Assembly (NCBI RefSeq): GCF_009914755.1
Contig: NC_060928.1
Direction: 5' to 3' (one strand)
Length of the DNA: 64,000 nt
Source of the DNA: the human T2T-CHM13v2.0 reference genome, Homo sapiens
Numbering within the stretch: the stretch's first letter is position 1; each line of letters begins with the position of its first letter. The notes beneath the pieces were generated by a model that did no database searches, had not been told where the DNA came from, and saw nothing but the letters and a program-made list of their open reading frames with translations. The translations under genes were made by a program, and so were the position numbers. Positions 16,707 to 33,000 of the stretch are shown here, piece by piece.

Positions 16707-18818
16707 CTGTATGTAAAACATACTTTGGGTAGTTTGATATTTTATGATGAGTATATAATACACATTTTGGGTACTTTGATATTTTATGTACAGTGTATAA
16801 TACATACTTTGGGTACTTTGATATTTTATGTACAGGATATAATGCATATTTTGGGTACTTTGATAGTTTATGTACAGTATATAATACATACTTTGGGTAC
16901 TTTGATATTTTATGTATAGTATAAAATATATAGTTCGGGTAGTTTGATATTTTATGTACAGTATGTAAAACATACTTTGGGGAGTTTGATATTTTATGAA
17001 CAGTATATAATACACATTTTGTGTACTTTGATATTTTATGTACAGTATATAATACATACTTTGGGTACTTTGATATTTTATGTACAGTATATATTACATA
17101 CTTTGGGTACTTTGATATTTTATGTACAGTATACAATATATAGTTTGAGTACTTTGATATTTTATGTACTGTATAAAATATATAGTTTTGGTAGTTTGAT
17201 GTTTTATGTACAGTATATATTTTGAGTACTTTGATATTTTATGTACAGTTTATTATAAATGTTTCGGTACTTTCATATTTTACGTACAGTATATAATACA
17301 TACTTTGGGCACTTTGATGTTTTATGTACAGTATATAATACATACTTTGGGTTCTTTCATATTTTATGTACACCATATAATACATAATTTGGGGACTTTT
17401 ATATTTTATGTACATTATATTGTACATACTTTGGGTACTTTTATTTTTTATGTACGGTATATAATACATACTTTGGGTACTTTGATATATTATGTACAGT
17501 ATATAATACATACTTTGGGTACTTTGATATATTATGTACAGTATATAATACATACTAAGGGTACTTTGACATTTTATGTACAGTACATAATACATACTTT
17601 GGGTACTTTGATATTTTATGTACAGTATATAATGCATACTTTGGATACTTTTATATTTTATGTACAGTATATAATACATAGTTTGGGTACTTTGATATTT
17701 TATGTACAGTATGTAATACATAATTTGGGTACTTTAATATTTTATGTATAGTATATAATACATACTTTGGGTACTTTGATATTTTATGGACAGTGTATAA
17801 TACATACTTTGGGTACTTTGATATTTTGTGTACAGTATATAATATATAGTTTGGGTACTTTGACATTTTATATACAGTATATAATACATACTTTGGGTAC
17901 TTTGATATTTTGTGTACAGTATATAATACATACTTTTGGTACTTTGATATTTTATGCACAGTATACAATATATAGTTTGAGTACTTTGATATTTTATGTA
18001 CTGTATAAAATATATAGTTTTGGTACTTTGATATTTTATGTACAGTATATAGTTTGAGTACTTTGATATTTTATGTACAGTTTGTTAAAAATGTTTGGGT
18101 GCTTTCATATTTTATGTACAGTATATAATACATACTTTGGGCACTTTGATATGTTATGTACAGTATATAATACATATTTTGGGTACTCTGACATTTTATG
18201 TACAGTGTATAATACATAATTTGTGTACTTTGATATTTTATGTACAGTATATAATACATACGTTGGGTACTTTGATATATTATGTACAGTATATAATACA
18301 TACTTTGGGTACTTTGATATTTTATGTACAGTATATAATCCATAGTTTGTGTACTTTGATATTTTATGTACAGTATATAATACATACTTTGGGTACTTTG
18401 ATATTTTATGTACAGTATATAATACATACTTTGGGTACTTTCATGTTTTATGTACAGTATATAATATATAGTTTGGGTACTTTGATATTTTATGTACGGT
18501 ATATAATACATACTTTGGGTACTTTGATATTTTATGTACAGTATATAATACATAATTTGGGTACTTTGATATTTTATGTACAGTATACAATATATAGTTT
18601 GAGTACTTTGATATTTTATGTGCAGTATAAAATATATAGTGTTGGTAGTTTGATGTTTTATGTACAGTATATATTTTGAGTACTTTGATATTTTATGTAC
18701 GGTATATAATACATACTTTGGGAACTTTGATATTTTATGTACAGTATGTAAAACATACTTTGGGTACTTTGATATTTTATGTACAGGATATAATGCATAC
18801 TTTGGGTACTTTGATAGT

Positions 18819-21800
18819 TTATGTACAGTATATAATACATACTTTGGGTACTTTGATATTTTATGTATAGTATAAAATATATAGTTTGGGTACTTTGATA
18901 TTTTATGTACAGTATGTAAAAGATACTTTGGGGAGTTTGATATTATATGTACAGTATGTAAAACATACTTTGGGGAGTTTGATATTTTATGAACAGTATA
19001 TAATACACATTTTGTGTACTTTGATATTTTATGTACAGTATATAATACAAACTTTGGGTTCTTTGATATTTTATGTACAGAATATAATGCATAGTTTTAG
19101 GTACTTTTATATTTTATGTACAGTATATAATACATATTTTGGGTACTTTGATATTTTATGTACAGTATATAATACATACTTTGGGAACTTTGATATTTTA
19201 TGTACAGTATGTAATACATACTTTGGGTACTTTGATATTTTATGTACAGTATATAATACATACTATTGGTACTTTGATATTTTATGTACAGTATACAATA
19301 TATAGTTTGAGTACTTTGATATTTTATGTCCAGTATAAAATATATAGATTTCATACTTTGATATTTTTGTACTGAATGTAGTTTGAGCACTTTGATATTT
19401 TATGTACACTTTATTATAAAAGTTTGGGTACTTTGATATTTTACGTACAGTATATAATACATAATTTGGGCAATTTGATGTTTTATGTACAGTATATAAT
19501 ACATACTTTGGGTTCTTTGATATTTTATGTACAGCATATAATACATAATTTGGGGACTTTTATATTTTATGTACATTATATTATACATACTTTGGGTACT
19601 TTTATATTTTATGTACGGTATATAATACACACTTTGGGTACTTTGATATATTATGTACAGTATATAATACATACTTTGGGTACTTTGATATATTATGTAC
19701 AGTATATAATACATACTAAGGGTACTTTGACATTTTATGTACAGTACATAATACATACTTTGGGTACTTTGATATTTTATGTACAGTATATAATGCATAC
19801 TTTGGATACTTTGATATTTTATGTACAGTATATAATACATTCTTTGGGTACTTTTATATTTTATGTACAGTATATAATATATAGTTTGGGTACTTTGATA
19901 TTTTATGTACGGTATATAATACATACTTTGGGTACTTTGATATTTTATGTACAGTATATAATACATACTTTGGGTACTCTGATATTTTATGTACAGTATA
20001 AAATATATAGTTTGAGTACTTTGATATTTTATGTACTGTATAAAATATATAGTTTTCGTACTTTGATATTTTATGTACAGTATATAGTTTGAGTACTTTG
20101 ATATTTTATGTACCGTTTTTTATAAATGTTTGGGTGCTTTCATATTTTATGTACAGTATATAATACATAAAAAGGGCACTTTGATATTTTATGTACAGTA
20201 TATAATACATACTTTGGGTACTCTGATATTTTATGTACAGTGTATAATACATACTTTGGGTACTTTGATATTTTATGTACAATATATAATACATACGTTG
20301 GGAACTTTGATATATTATGTACAGTATATAATACATACTTTGGGTACTTTGATATTTTATCTACAGTATACAACACATAGTTTGTGTACTTTGATATTTT
20401 ATGTACAGTATATAATACATACTTTGGGTACTTTGATATTTTATGTACAGTATATAATACATACTTTGGGTACTTTCATATTTTATGTACAGTATATAAT
20501 GCATAGTTTGGTTACTTTGATATTTTATCTACAGCTTATAATACATACTTTGGATAGTTTGATACTTTATGTACAGTATATAATACATACTTTGGGTACT
20601 TTGATATTTTATGTACAGTATACAATATATAGTTTGAGTACTTTGATATTTTATGTGCAGTATAAAATATATAGTTTTGGTACTTTCATATTTTATGTAC
20701 AGTATATAGTTTGAGTACTTTGATATTTTATGTACAGTTTTTTATAAATGTTTGGGTGCTTTCATATTTTATGTACAGTATATAATACATACTAAGGGCA
20801 CTTTGATATTTTATGTACAGTATATAATACATACTTTGGGTACTTTGATATTTTATGTATAGTATAAAATATATAGTTTGGGTACTTTGATATTTTATGT
20901 ACAGTATGTAAAAGATACTTTGGGGAGTTTGATATTATATGTACAGTATGTAAAACATACTTTGGGGAGTTTGATATTTTATGAACAGTATATAATACAC
21001 ATTTTGTGTACTTTGATATTTTCTGTACAGTATATAATACAAACTTTGGGTTCTTTGATATTTTATGTACAGAATATAATGCATAGTTTTAGGTACTTTT
21101 ATATTTTATGTACAGTATATAATACATATTTTGGGTACTTTGATATTTTATGTACAGTATATAATACATACTTTGGGTACTTTGATATTTTATGTACAGT
21201 ATGTAATACATACTTTGGGTACTTTGATATTTTATGTACAGTATATAATACATACTATTGGTACTTTGATATTTTATGTACAGTATACAATATATAGTTT
21301 GAGTACTTTGATATTTTATGTCCAGTATAAAATATATAGATTTCATACTTTGATATTTTTGTACTGAATGTAGTTTGAGCACTTTGATATTTTATGTACA
21401 CTTTATTATAAAAGTTTGGGTACTTTGATATTTTACGTACAGTATATAATACATAATTTGGGCACTTTGATGTTTTATGTACAGTATATAATACATACTT
21501 TGGGTTCTTTGATATTTTATGTACAGCATATAATACATAATTTGGGGACTTTTATATTTTATGTACATTATATTATACATACTTTGGGTACTTTTATATT
21601 TTATGTACGGTATATAATACACACTTTGGGTACTTTGATATATTATGTACAGTATATAATACATACTTTGGGTACTTTGATATATTATGTACAGTATATA
21701 ATACATACTAAGGGTACTTTGACATTTTATGTACAGTACATAATACATACTTTGGGTACTTTGATATTTTATGTACAGTATATAATGCATACTTTGGATA

Positions 21801-22851
21801 CTTTGATATTTTATGTACAGTATATAATACATTCTTTGGGTACTTTTATATTTTATGTACAGTATATAATATATAGTTTGGGTACTTTGATATTTTATGT
21901 ACGGTATATAATACATACTTTGGGTACTTTGATATTTTATGTACAGTATATAATACATACTTTGGGTACTCTGATATTTTATGTACAGTATAAAATATAT
22001 AGTTTGAGTACTTTGATATTTTATGTACTGTATAAAATATATAGTTTTCGTACTTTGATATTTTATGTACAGTATATAGTTTGAGTACTTTGATATTTTA
22101 TGTACCGTTTTTTATAAATGTTTGGGTGCTTTCATATTTTATGTACAGTATATAATACATAAAAAGGGCACTTTGATATTTTATGTACAGTATATAATAC
22201 ATACTTTGGGTACTCTGATATTTTATGTACAGTGTATAATACATACTTTGGGTACTTTGATATTTTATGTACAATATATAATACATACGTTGGGAACTTT
22301 GATATATTATGTACAGTATATAATACATACTTTGGGTACTTTGATATTTTATCTACAGTATACAACACATAGTTTGTGTACTTTGATATTTTATGTACAG
22401 TATATAATACATACTTTGGGTACTTTGATATTTTATGTACAGTATATAATACATACTTTGGGTACTTTCATATTTTATGTACAGTATATAATGCATAGTT
22501 TGGTTACTTTGATATTTTATCTACAGCTTATAATACATACTTTGGATAGTTTGATACTTTATGTACAGTATATAATACATACTTTGGGTACTTTGATATT
22601 TTATGTACAGTATACAATATATAGTTTGAGTACTTTGATATTTTATGTGCAGTATAAAATATATAGTTTTGGTACTTTCATATTTTATGTACAGTATATA
22701 GTTTGAGTACTTTGATATTTTATGTACAGTTTTTTATAAATGTTTGGGTGCTTTCATATTTTATGTACAGTATATAATACATACTAAGGGCACTTTGATA
22801 TTTTATGTACAGTATATAATACATACTTTGGGTACTTTGATATTTTATGTA
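18819..22851 (+). repeat. 1992-bp near-perfect tandem duplication (~18819-20859 and ~20811-22851)
   Basis: Constant offset of 1992 for ORFs 18886/20878, 19097/21089, 19424/21416 and 20130/22122. Private variants (AAAGATACT, GTACCGTTTT, CATAAAAAGGGC, CATTCTTTGG) are shared. I noticed only about 3 substitutions. Confidence 0.93.
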
Positions 22852-24004
22852 CGTCATATAATATATAGTTTGGGTACTTTGATATTTTATGTACAGAATA
22901 TAATACATACCTTGGGTACTTTGATATTTTATGTACAGTATATAATATATAGTTTGGGTATTTTGATATTTTATGTACAGTATATAATACATACTTTGGG
23001 TACTTTGATATTTTATGTACAGTATATAATACATACTTTGGGAACTTTGATATTTTATGTACAGTATGTAAAACATACTTTGGGTACTTTGATATTTTAT
23101 GTACAGTATATAATACATACTATTGGTACTTTGATATTTTATGTCCAGTATAAAATATATAGATTTCGTACTTTGATATTTTATGTACAGAATATAGTTT
23201 GAGTACTTTGATATTTTATGTACAATTTATTATAAAAGTTTGGGTACTTTCATATTTTACGTACAGTATATAATACATACTTTGGGCACTTTGATGTTTT
23301 ATGTACAGTATATAATACATACTTTAGGTTCTTTTATATTTTATGTACAGCATATACTACAAAATTTGGGGACTTTTATATTTTATGTACATTATATAAT
23401 ACATACTTTGGGTACTTTTATATTTTATGTACGGTATATAATACATACTTTGGGTACTTTGATATATTATGTACAGTATATAATACATACTTTGGGTAAT
23501 TTGATATATTATGTACAGTATATAATACATACTTAGGGTACTTTGACATTTTATGTACAGTATATAATACATACTTTGGGTACTTTGATATTTTATGAAC
23601 AGTATATAATACATACTTTGGGTACTTTGATATTTTATGTACTGTATATAATACATACTTTGGGTACTTGTATATTTTATGTACAGTATATAATATATAG
23701 TTTGGGTACTTTGATATTTTATGTACGGTATATAATACATACTTTGGGTACTTTGATATTTTATGTATAGTATATAATACATACTTTGGGTACTTTGATA
23801 TTGTATGTACAGTATACAATACATAGTTTGAGTACTTTGATATTTTATGTACTGTATAAAATATATAGTTTTGGTACTTTGATATTTTATGTATAGTATA
23901 TAGTTTGAGTACTTTTATATTTTATGTACAGTTTTTTATAAATATTTGGGTGCTTTCATATTTTATGTACAGTAGATAATACATACTAAGCGCACTTTGA
24001 TATT

Positions 24005-27000
24005 TTATGTACAGTATATAATACATACTTTGGTTACTCTGATATTTTATGTACAGTGTATAATACATACTTTGGGTACTTTGATATTTTATGTACAATA
24101 TATAATACATACGTTGGGAACTTTGATATATTATGTACATTATATAATTCATACTTTGTGTACTTTGATACTTTATGTACAGTATATAATACATAGTTTG
24201 TGTACTTTGATATTTTATGTACAGTATATAATACATACTTTGGGTACTTTGATATTTTATATACAGTATATAATACATACTTTGGGTACTTTCATATTTT
24301 ATGTACAGTATATAATATATAGTTTGGGTACTTTGATATTTTATCTACAGCTTATAATACATACTTAGGGTACTTTGATATTTTATGTACAGTATATAAT
24401 ACATACTTTGGGTAGTTTGATATTTTATGTACAGTATACGATATATAGTTTGAGTACTTTGATATTTTATGTGCACTATAAAATATATAGTTTTGGTACT
24501 TTGATATTTTATGTACAGTTTATAGTTTGAGTACTTTGATATTTTATGTACAGTTTATTATAAATGTTTGGGTACTTTCATATTTGATGTACAGTATATA
24601 ATACATAATTTGGGGACTTTGATATTTTATGTACAGTATATAATACATACTTTGGGTACTTTTCTATTTTATGTACAGTATATAATACATACTTTGGGTA
24701 CTTTGATATTTAATGTACAGTATATAATACACACTTTCCGTACTTTGATATTTTATGTAAAGCATGTAATACATACTTTGGGCAGTTTGATATTTTATGT
24801 ACAGTATGTAATACACACTTTGGGTACTTTGATATTTTATGTACAGTATGTAAAACATACTTTGGGTAGTTTGATATATTATGTACAGTATATAATGCAT
24901 ACTTTGGGTACTCTGATATTTTATGTACAGTGTATAATACGTACTTTGGGTACTTTGATATTTTATGTACAGTATATAATACATACATTGGGTACTTTGA
25001 TATATTATGTACAGTATATAATACTTACTTGGGGTACTTTGATATTTTATGTACAGTATATAATACATACTTTGTGTACTTTGATATTTTATGTACAGTA
25101 TATAATACATACTTTGGGTACTTTGTTATTTTATGTACAGTATATAATACATACTTTGGGTATCTTGATATTTTATGTACAGTATATAATGCATACTTTG
25201 GGTACTTTGATATTTTATGTACAGTATATAATGCATACTTTGAGTACTTTGATATTTTATGTACAGTATGTAATACATACTTTGGGTACTTTGATATTTT
25301 ATGTATAGTATATAATACATACTTTGTGTAGTTTGATATTTTATGTACAGTATACAATATATAGTTTGAGTACTTTGATATTTTATGTCCAGTATAAAAT
25401 GTATAGTTTTCCTAATTGATATTTTATGTACAGAATATAGTTTGAGTACTTTGATATTTTATGTACACTTTATTATAAATGTTTGGGTACTTTCATATTT
25501 TATGTACAGTATATAATACATACTTTGGTCTCTTTGATGTTTTATGTACAGTATATAATACATACTTTGGGTTCTTTGATATTTTATGTGCAGAATATAA
25601 TGCATAGTTTTAGGTACTTTTATATTTTATGTACAGTATATAATACATACTTTGGGTACTTTGATATTTTATGTACAGTATATAATACATACTTTGGGAA
25701 CTTTGATATTTTATGTACAGTATGTAATACATACTTTGGGTACTTTGATATTTTATGTACAGTATACAATATATAGTTTGAGTACTTTGATATTTTATGT
25801 CCAGTATAAAATACATAGATTTCATACTTTGATATTTTATGTACAGATTATAGTTTGAGTACTTTGATATTTTATGTACACTTTATCATAAAAGTTTGGG
25901 TACTTTCATGTTTTACGTACAGTATATAATACATACTTTGGGCACTTTGATGTTTTATGTACAGTATATAATACATACTTTGGGTTCTTTGATATGTTAT
26001 GTACAGCATATAATACATAATTTGGGGACTTTTATATTTTATGTACATTATATAATACATACTTTGGGTACTTTTATATTTTATGTACGGTATATAATAC
26101 ATACTTTGGGTACTTTGATATATTATGTACAGTATATAATACATACTTTGGGTACTTTGATATATTATGTACAGTATATAATACATACTTAGGGTACTTT
26201 GACATTTTATGTACAGTACTTAATACATACCTTGGGTACTTTGATATTTTATGTACAGTATATAATACATACTTTGGGTACTTTGATATTTTATGTACAG
26301 TATATAATACATGTTTTGGGTACTTTTATATTTTATGTACAGTATATAATATATAGTTTGGGTACTTTGATATTTTATGTACGGTATATAATACATACTT
26401 TGGGTACTTTGATATTTTATGTTCAGTATATAATACATACTTTGGGTACTTTGATATTTTATGTACAGTATATAATACATACTTTGGGTACTTTGATATT
26501 TAATGTACAGTATATAATACACACTTTGCGTACTTTGATATTTTATGTAAAGTATGTAATACATACTTTGGGTACTTTGATATTTTATGTACAGTATGTA
26601 ATACACGCTTTGGGTACTTTGATATTTTATGTAGAGTATGTAAAACATACTTTGGGTAGTTTGGTATTTTATGATCAGTATATAATACATATTTTGGGTA
26701 CTTTGATATTTTATGTACAGTATATAATACATACTTTGGGTACTTTGATATTTTATGTACAGTATATAATGCATAATTTGGGTACTTCAATAGTTTATGC
26801 ACAGTATATAATACATACTTTGGGTAATTTGATATTTTATGTACAGTATATAATGCATACTTTGGGTACTTTGATAGTTTATGTACAGTATACAATACAT
26901 ACTTTGGGTACTTTGATATTTTATGTACAGTATATAATATGTAGTTTGGGTACTTTGATATTTTAACTACAGTATATAATACATACTTTGGGTACTTGGA

Positions 27001-30000
27001 TATTTTATCTACAGTATATAATAGATACTTTGGGTACTTTGATATATTATGTACAGTATATAATACATAGTTTGGTTACTTTGATATTTTTTGTACAGTA
27101 TGTAAAACATACTTTGGGGAGTTTGATATTTTATGAACAGTATATAATACACATTTTGGGTACTTTGATATTTTATGTACGGTATATAATACATACTTTG
27201 GGTACTTTGATATTTTATGTACAGTATATAATTCATACTTTGGGTACTTTGATATTTTATGTACAGTATATAATACATACATTGGGTACTTCGATATTTT
27301 ATGTGCAGTACCCTATATATAGTTTGGGTACTTTGATATTTTATGTCCAGTATAAAATAAATAGTTTTGGTACTTTGATATTTTATATACAGTATATAGT
27401 TTGAGTACTTTGATATTTAATGTTAAGTTTATTATAAATGTTTGGGTGCTTTCATATTTTATATACAGTATATAATACATACTTTGGGCACTTTGATATT
27501 TTCTGTACACTATATAATACATACTTTGGGTACTTTGATATTTTATGTACGGTATATAATACATACATTGGGTACTTTGATATTTTATGTACAGTATATA
27601 ATATATAGTTTGGTTACTTTGATATTTTATATACAGTATATAATATATATTATGTGTACTTTGATATATTATGTACAGTATATAATATATAGTATGGGTT
27701 GTTTGATATTTTATGTACAGTATATAATATATAGTTTGGGTAGTTTGATATTTTTAGTACAGTATGTAATATATAGTTTGTTTTATTTGATATTTTATGT
27801 ACAGTATACAATATATAGTATTGGTACTTTGATATTTCATGTAAAGTATATAGTTTGAGTACTTTGATATTTTATATGCAGTTTATTATAAATGTTTGGG
27901 TACCTTCATATTTTATGTAAAGTATATAATACATACTTTGGGAACTTTTATTTTATGTGCAGTATATAATACATACTTTGGGTACTTTGATATTTCATGT
28001 ACAGTATATAATACACACTTTGGGTACTTTGATATTTTATGTACAGTATATAATACACACTTTGGGTACTTTGATATTTTATGTACAGTATATAATACAT
28101 ACTTTGGGTACTTTGATGTATTATGTACAGTATATAATACATACTTTGGGTACTTTGATATTTTATGTACAGTATATAATACATACTTTGGGTACTTTGA
28201 TATTTTATGTACAGTATGTAATACACACTTTGGGTACTTTGATATTTTATGTACAGTATGTAAAACATACTTTGGGTAGTTTGATATATTATGTACAGTA
28301 TATAATACATACTTTGGGTACTCTGATATTTTATGTACAGTGTATAATACATACTTTGGGTACTTTGATATTTTATGTACAGTATATAATACATACTTTG
28401 GGTACTTTGATATTTTATGTACAGTATATAATACTTACTTGGGGTATCTTGATATTTTATGTACAGTATATAATGCATACTTTGAGTACTTTGATATTTT
28501 ATGTACAGTATGTAATACATACTTTGGGTACTTTGATATTTTATGTATAGTATATAATACATACTTTGTGTAGTTTGATATTTTATGTACAGTATACAAT
28601 ATATAGTTTGAGTACTTTGATATTTTATGTCCAGTATAAAATATATAGTTTTCCTAATTGATATTTTATGTACAGAATATAGTATGAGTACTTTGATATT
28701 TTATGTACACTTTATTATAAATGTTTGGGTAATTTCATATTTTATGTACAGTATATAATACATACTTTGGTCTCTTTGATGTTTTATGTACAGTATATAA
28801 TACATACTTTGGGTTCTTTGATATTTTATGTGCAGAATATAATGCATAGTTTTAGGTACTTTTATATTTTATGTACAGTATATAATACATACTTTGGGTA
28901 CTTTGATATTTTATGTACAGTATATAATACATACTTTGGGTACTTTGATATTTTATGTACAGTATATAATACATATTATTGGTACTTTGATATTTTATGT
29001 ACAGTATACAATATATAGTTTGAGTACTTTGATATTTTATGTCCAGTATAAAATACATAGATTTCATACTTTGATATTTTATGTACAGAATATAGTTTGA
29101 GTACTTTGATATTTTATGTACACTTTCTCATAAAAGTTTGGGTACTTTCATATTTTACGTACAGTATATAATACATACTTTGGGCACTTTGATGTTTTAT
29201 GTACAGTATATAATACATACTTTGGGTTCTTTGATATGTTATGTACAGCATATAGTACATAATTTGGGGACTTTTATATTTTATGTACATTATATAATAC
29301 ATACTTTGGGTACTTTTATATTTTATGTACGGTATATAATACATACTTTGGGTACTTTGATATATTATGTACAGTATATAATACATACTTAGGGTACTTT
29401 GACATTTTATGTACAGTACATAATACATACTTTGGGTACTTTGATATTTTATGTACAGTATATAATACATACTTTGGGTACTTTGATATTTTATGTACAG
29501 TATATAATACATCTGTTGGGTACTTTTACATTTTATGTACAGTATATAATATATAGTTTGGGTACTTTGATATTTTATGTACGGTATATAATACATACTT
29601 TGGGTACTTTGATATTTTATGTACAGTATATAATACATACTTTGGGTACTTTGATAATTTATGTACAGTATATAATACACACTTTGCGTACTTTGATATT
29701 TTATGTAAAGTATGTAATACATACTTTGGGTACTTTGATATTTTATGTACAGTATGTAATACACGCTTTGGGTACTTTGATATTTTATGTAGAGTATGTA
29801 AAACATACTTTGGGTAGTTTGGTATTTTATGATCAGTATATAATACATATTTTGGGTACTTTGATATTTTATGTACAGTATATAATACATATTATTGGTA
29901 CTTTGATATTTTATGTACAGTATACAATATATAGTTTGAGTACTTTGATATTTTATGTCCAGTATAAAATACATAGATTTCATACTTTGATATTTTATGT

Positions 30001-33000
30001 ACAGAATATAGTTTGAGTACTTTGATATTTTATGTACACTTTATCATAAAAGTTTGGGTACTTTCATATTTTACGTACAGTATATGATACATACTTTGGG
30101 CACTTTGATGTTTTATGTACAGTATATAATACATACTTTGGGTCCTTTGATATGTTATGTACAGCATATAGTACATAATTTGGGGACTTTTATATTTTAT
30201 GTACATTATATAATACATACTTTGGGTACTTTTATATTTTATGTACGGTATATAATACATACTTTGGGTACTTTGATATATTATGTACAGTATATAATAC
30301 ATACTTTGGTTACTCTGATATTTTATGTACAGTGTATAATACATACTTTGGGTACTTTGATATTTTATGTACAATATATAATACATACGTTGGGAACTTT
30401 GATATATTATGTACATTATATAATTCATACTTTGGGTACTTTGATACTTTATGTACAGTATATAATACATAGTTTGTGTACTTTGATATTTTATGTACAG
30501 TATATAATACATACTTTGGGTACTTTGATATTTTATATACAGTATATAATACATACTTTGGGTACTTTCATATTTTATGTACAGTATATAATATATAGTT
30601 TGGGTACTTTGATATTTTATCTACAGCTTATAATACATACTTAGGGTACTTTGATATTTTATGTACAGTATATAATACATACTTTGGGTAGTTTGATATT
30701 TTATGTACAGTATACGATATATAGTTTGAGTACTTTGATATTTTATGTGCACTATAAAATATATAGTTTTGGTACTTTGATATTTTATGTACAGTTTATA
30801 GTTTGAGTACTTTGATATTTTATGTACAGTTTATTATAAATGTTTGGGTACTTTCATATTTGATGTACAGTATATAATACATAATTTGGGGACTTTGATA
30901 TTTTATGTACAGTATATAATACATACTTTGGGTACTTTTCTATTTTATGTACAGTATATAATACATACTTTGGGTACTTTGATATTTAATGTACAGTATA
31001 TAATACACACTTTCCGTACTTTGATATTTTATGTAAAGCATGTAATACATACTTTGGGCAGTTTGATATTTTATGTACAGTATGTAATACACACTTTGGG
31101 TACTTTGATATTTTATGTACAGTATGTAAAACATACTTTGGGTAGTTTGATATATTATGTACAGTATATAATGCATACTTTGGGTACTCTGATATTTTAT
31201 GTACAGTGTATAATACGTACTTTGGGTACTTTGATATTTTATGTACAGTATATAATACATACATTGGGTACTTTGATATATTATGTACAGTATATAATAC
31301 TTACTTGGGGTACTTTGATATTTTATGTACAGTATATAATACATACTTTGTGTACTTTGATATTTTATGTACAGTATATAATACATACTTTGGGTACTTT
31401 GTTATTTTATGTACAGTATATAATACATACTTTGGGTATCTTGATATTTTATGTACAGTATATAATGCATACTTTGGGTACTTTGATATTTTATGTACAG
31501 TATATAATGCATACTTTGAGTACTTTGATATTTTATGTACAGTATGTAATACATACTTTGGGTACTTTGATATTTTATGTATAGTATATAATACATACTT
31601 TGTGTAGTTTGATATTTTATGTACAGTATACAATATATAGTTTGAGTACTTTGATATTTTATGTCCAGTATAAAATGTATAGTTTTCCTAATTGATATTT
31701 TATGTACAGAATATAGTTTGAGTACTTTGATATTTTATGTACACTTTATTATAAATGTTTGGGTACTTTCATATTTTATGTACAGTATATAATACATACT
31801 TTGGTCTCTTTGATGTTTTATGTACAGTATATAATACATACTTTGGGTTCTTTGATATTTTATGTGCAGAATATAATGCATAGTTTTAGGTACTTTTATA
31901 TTTTATGTACAGTATATAATACATACTTTGGGTACTTTGATATTTTATGTACAGTATATAATACATACTTTGGGAACTTTGATATTTTATGTACAGTATG
32001 TAATACATACTTTGGGTACTTTGATATTTTATGTACAGTATACAATATATAGTTTGAGTACTTTGATATTTTATGTCCAGTATAAAATACATAGATTTCA
32101 TACTTTGATATTTTATGTACAGAATATAGTTTGAGTACTTTGATATTTTATGTACACTTTATCATAAAAGTTTGGGTACTTTCATGTTTTACGTACAGTA
32201 TATAATACATACTTTGGGCACTTTGATGTTTTATGTACAGTATATAATACATACTTTGGGTTCTTTGATATGTTATGTACAGCATATAATACATAATTTG
32301 GGGACTTTTATATTTTATGTACATTATATAATACATACTTTGGGTACTTTTATATTTTATGTACGGTATATAATACATACTTTGGGTACTTTGATATATT
32401 ATGTACAGTATATAATACATACTTTGGGTACTTTGATATATTATGTACAGTATATAATACATACTTAGGGTACTTTGACATTTTATGTACAGTACATAAT
32501 ACATACCTTGGGTACTTTGATATTTTATGTACAGTATATAATACATACTTTGGGTACTTTGATATTTTATGTACAGTATATAATACATGTTTTGGGTACT
32601 TTTATATTTTATGTACAGTATATAATATATAGTTTGGGTACTTTGATATTTTATGTACGGTATATAATACATACTTTGGGTACTTTGATATTTTATGTTC
32701 AGTATATAATACATACTTTGGGTACTTTGATATTTTATGTACAGTATATAATACATACTTTGGGTACTGTGATATTTAATGTACAGTATATAATACACAC
32801 TTTGCGTACTTTGATATTTTATGTAAAGTATGTAATACATACTTTGGGTACTTTGATATTTTATGTACAGTATGTAATACACGCTTTGGGTACTTTGATA
32901 TTTTATGTAGAGTATGTAAAACATACTTTGGGTAGTTTGGTATTTTATGATCAGTATATAATACATATTTTGGGTACTTTGATATTTTATGTACAGTATA

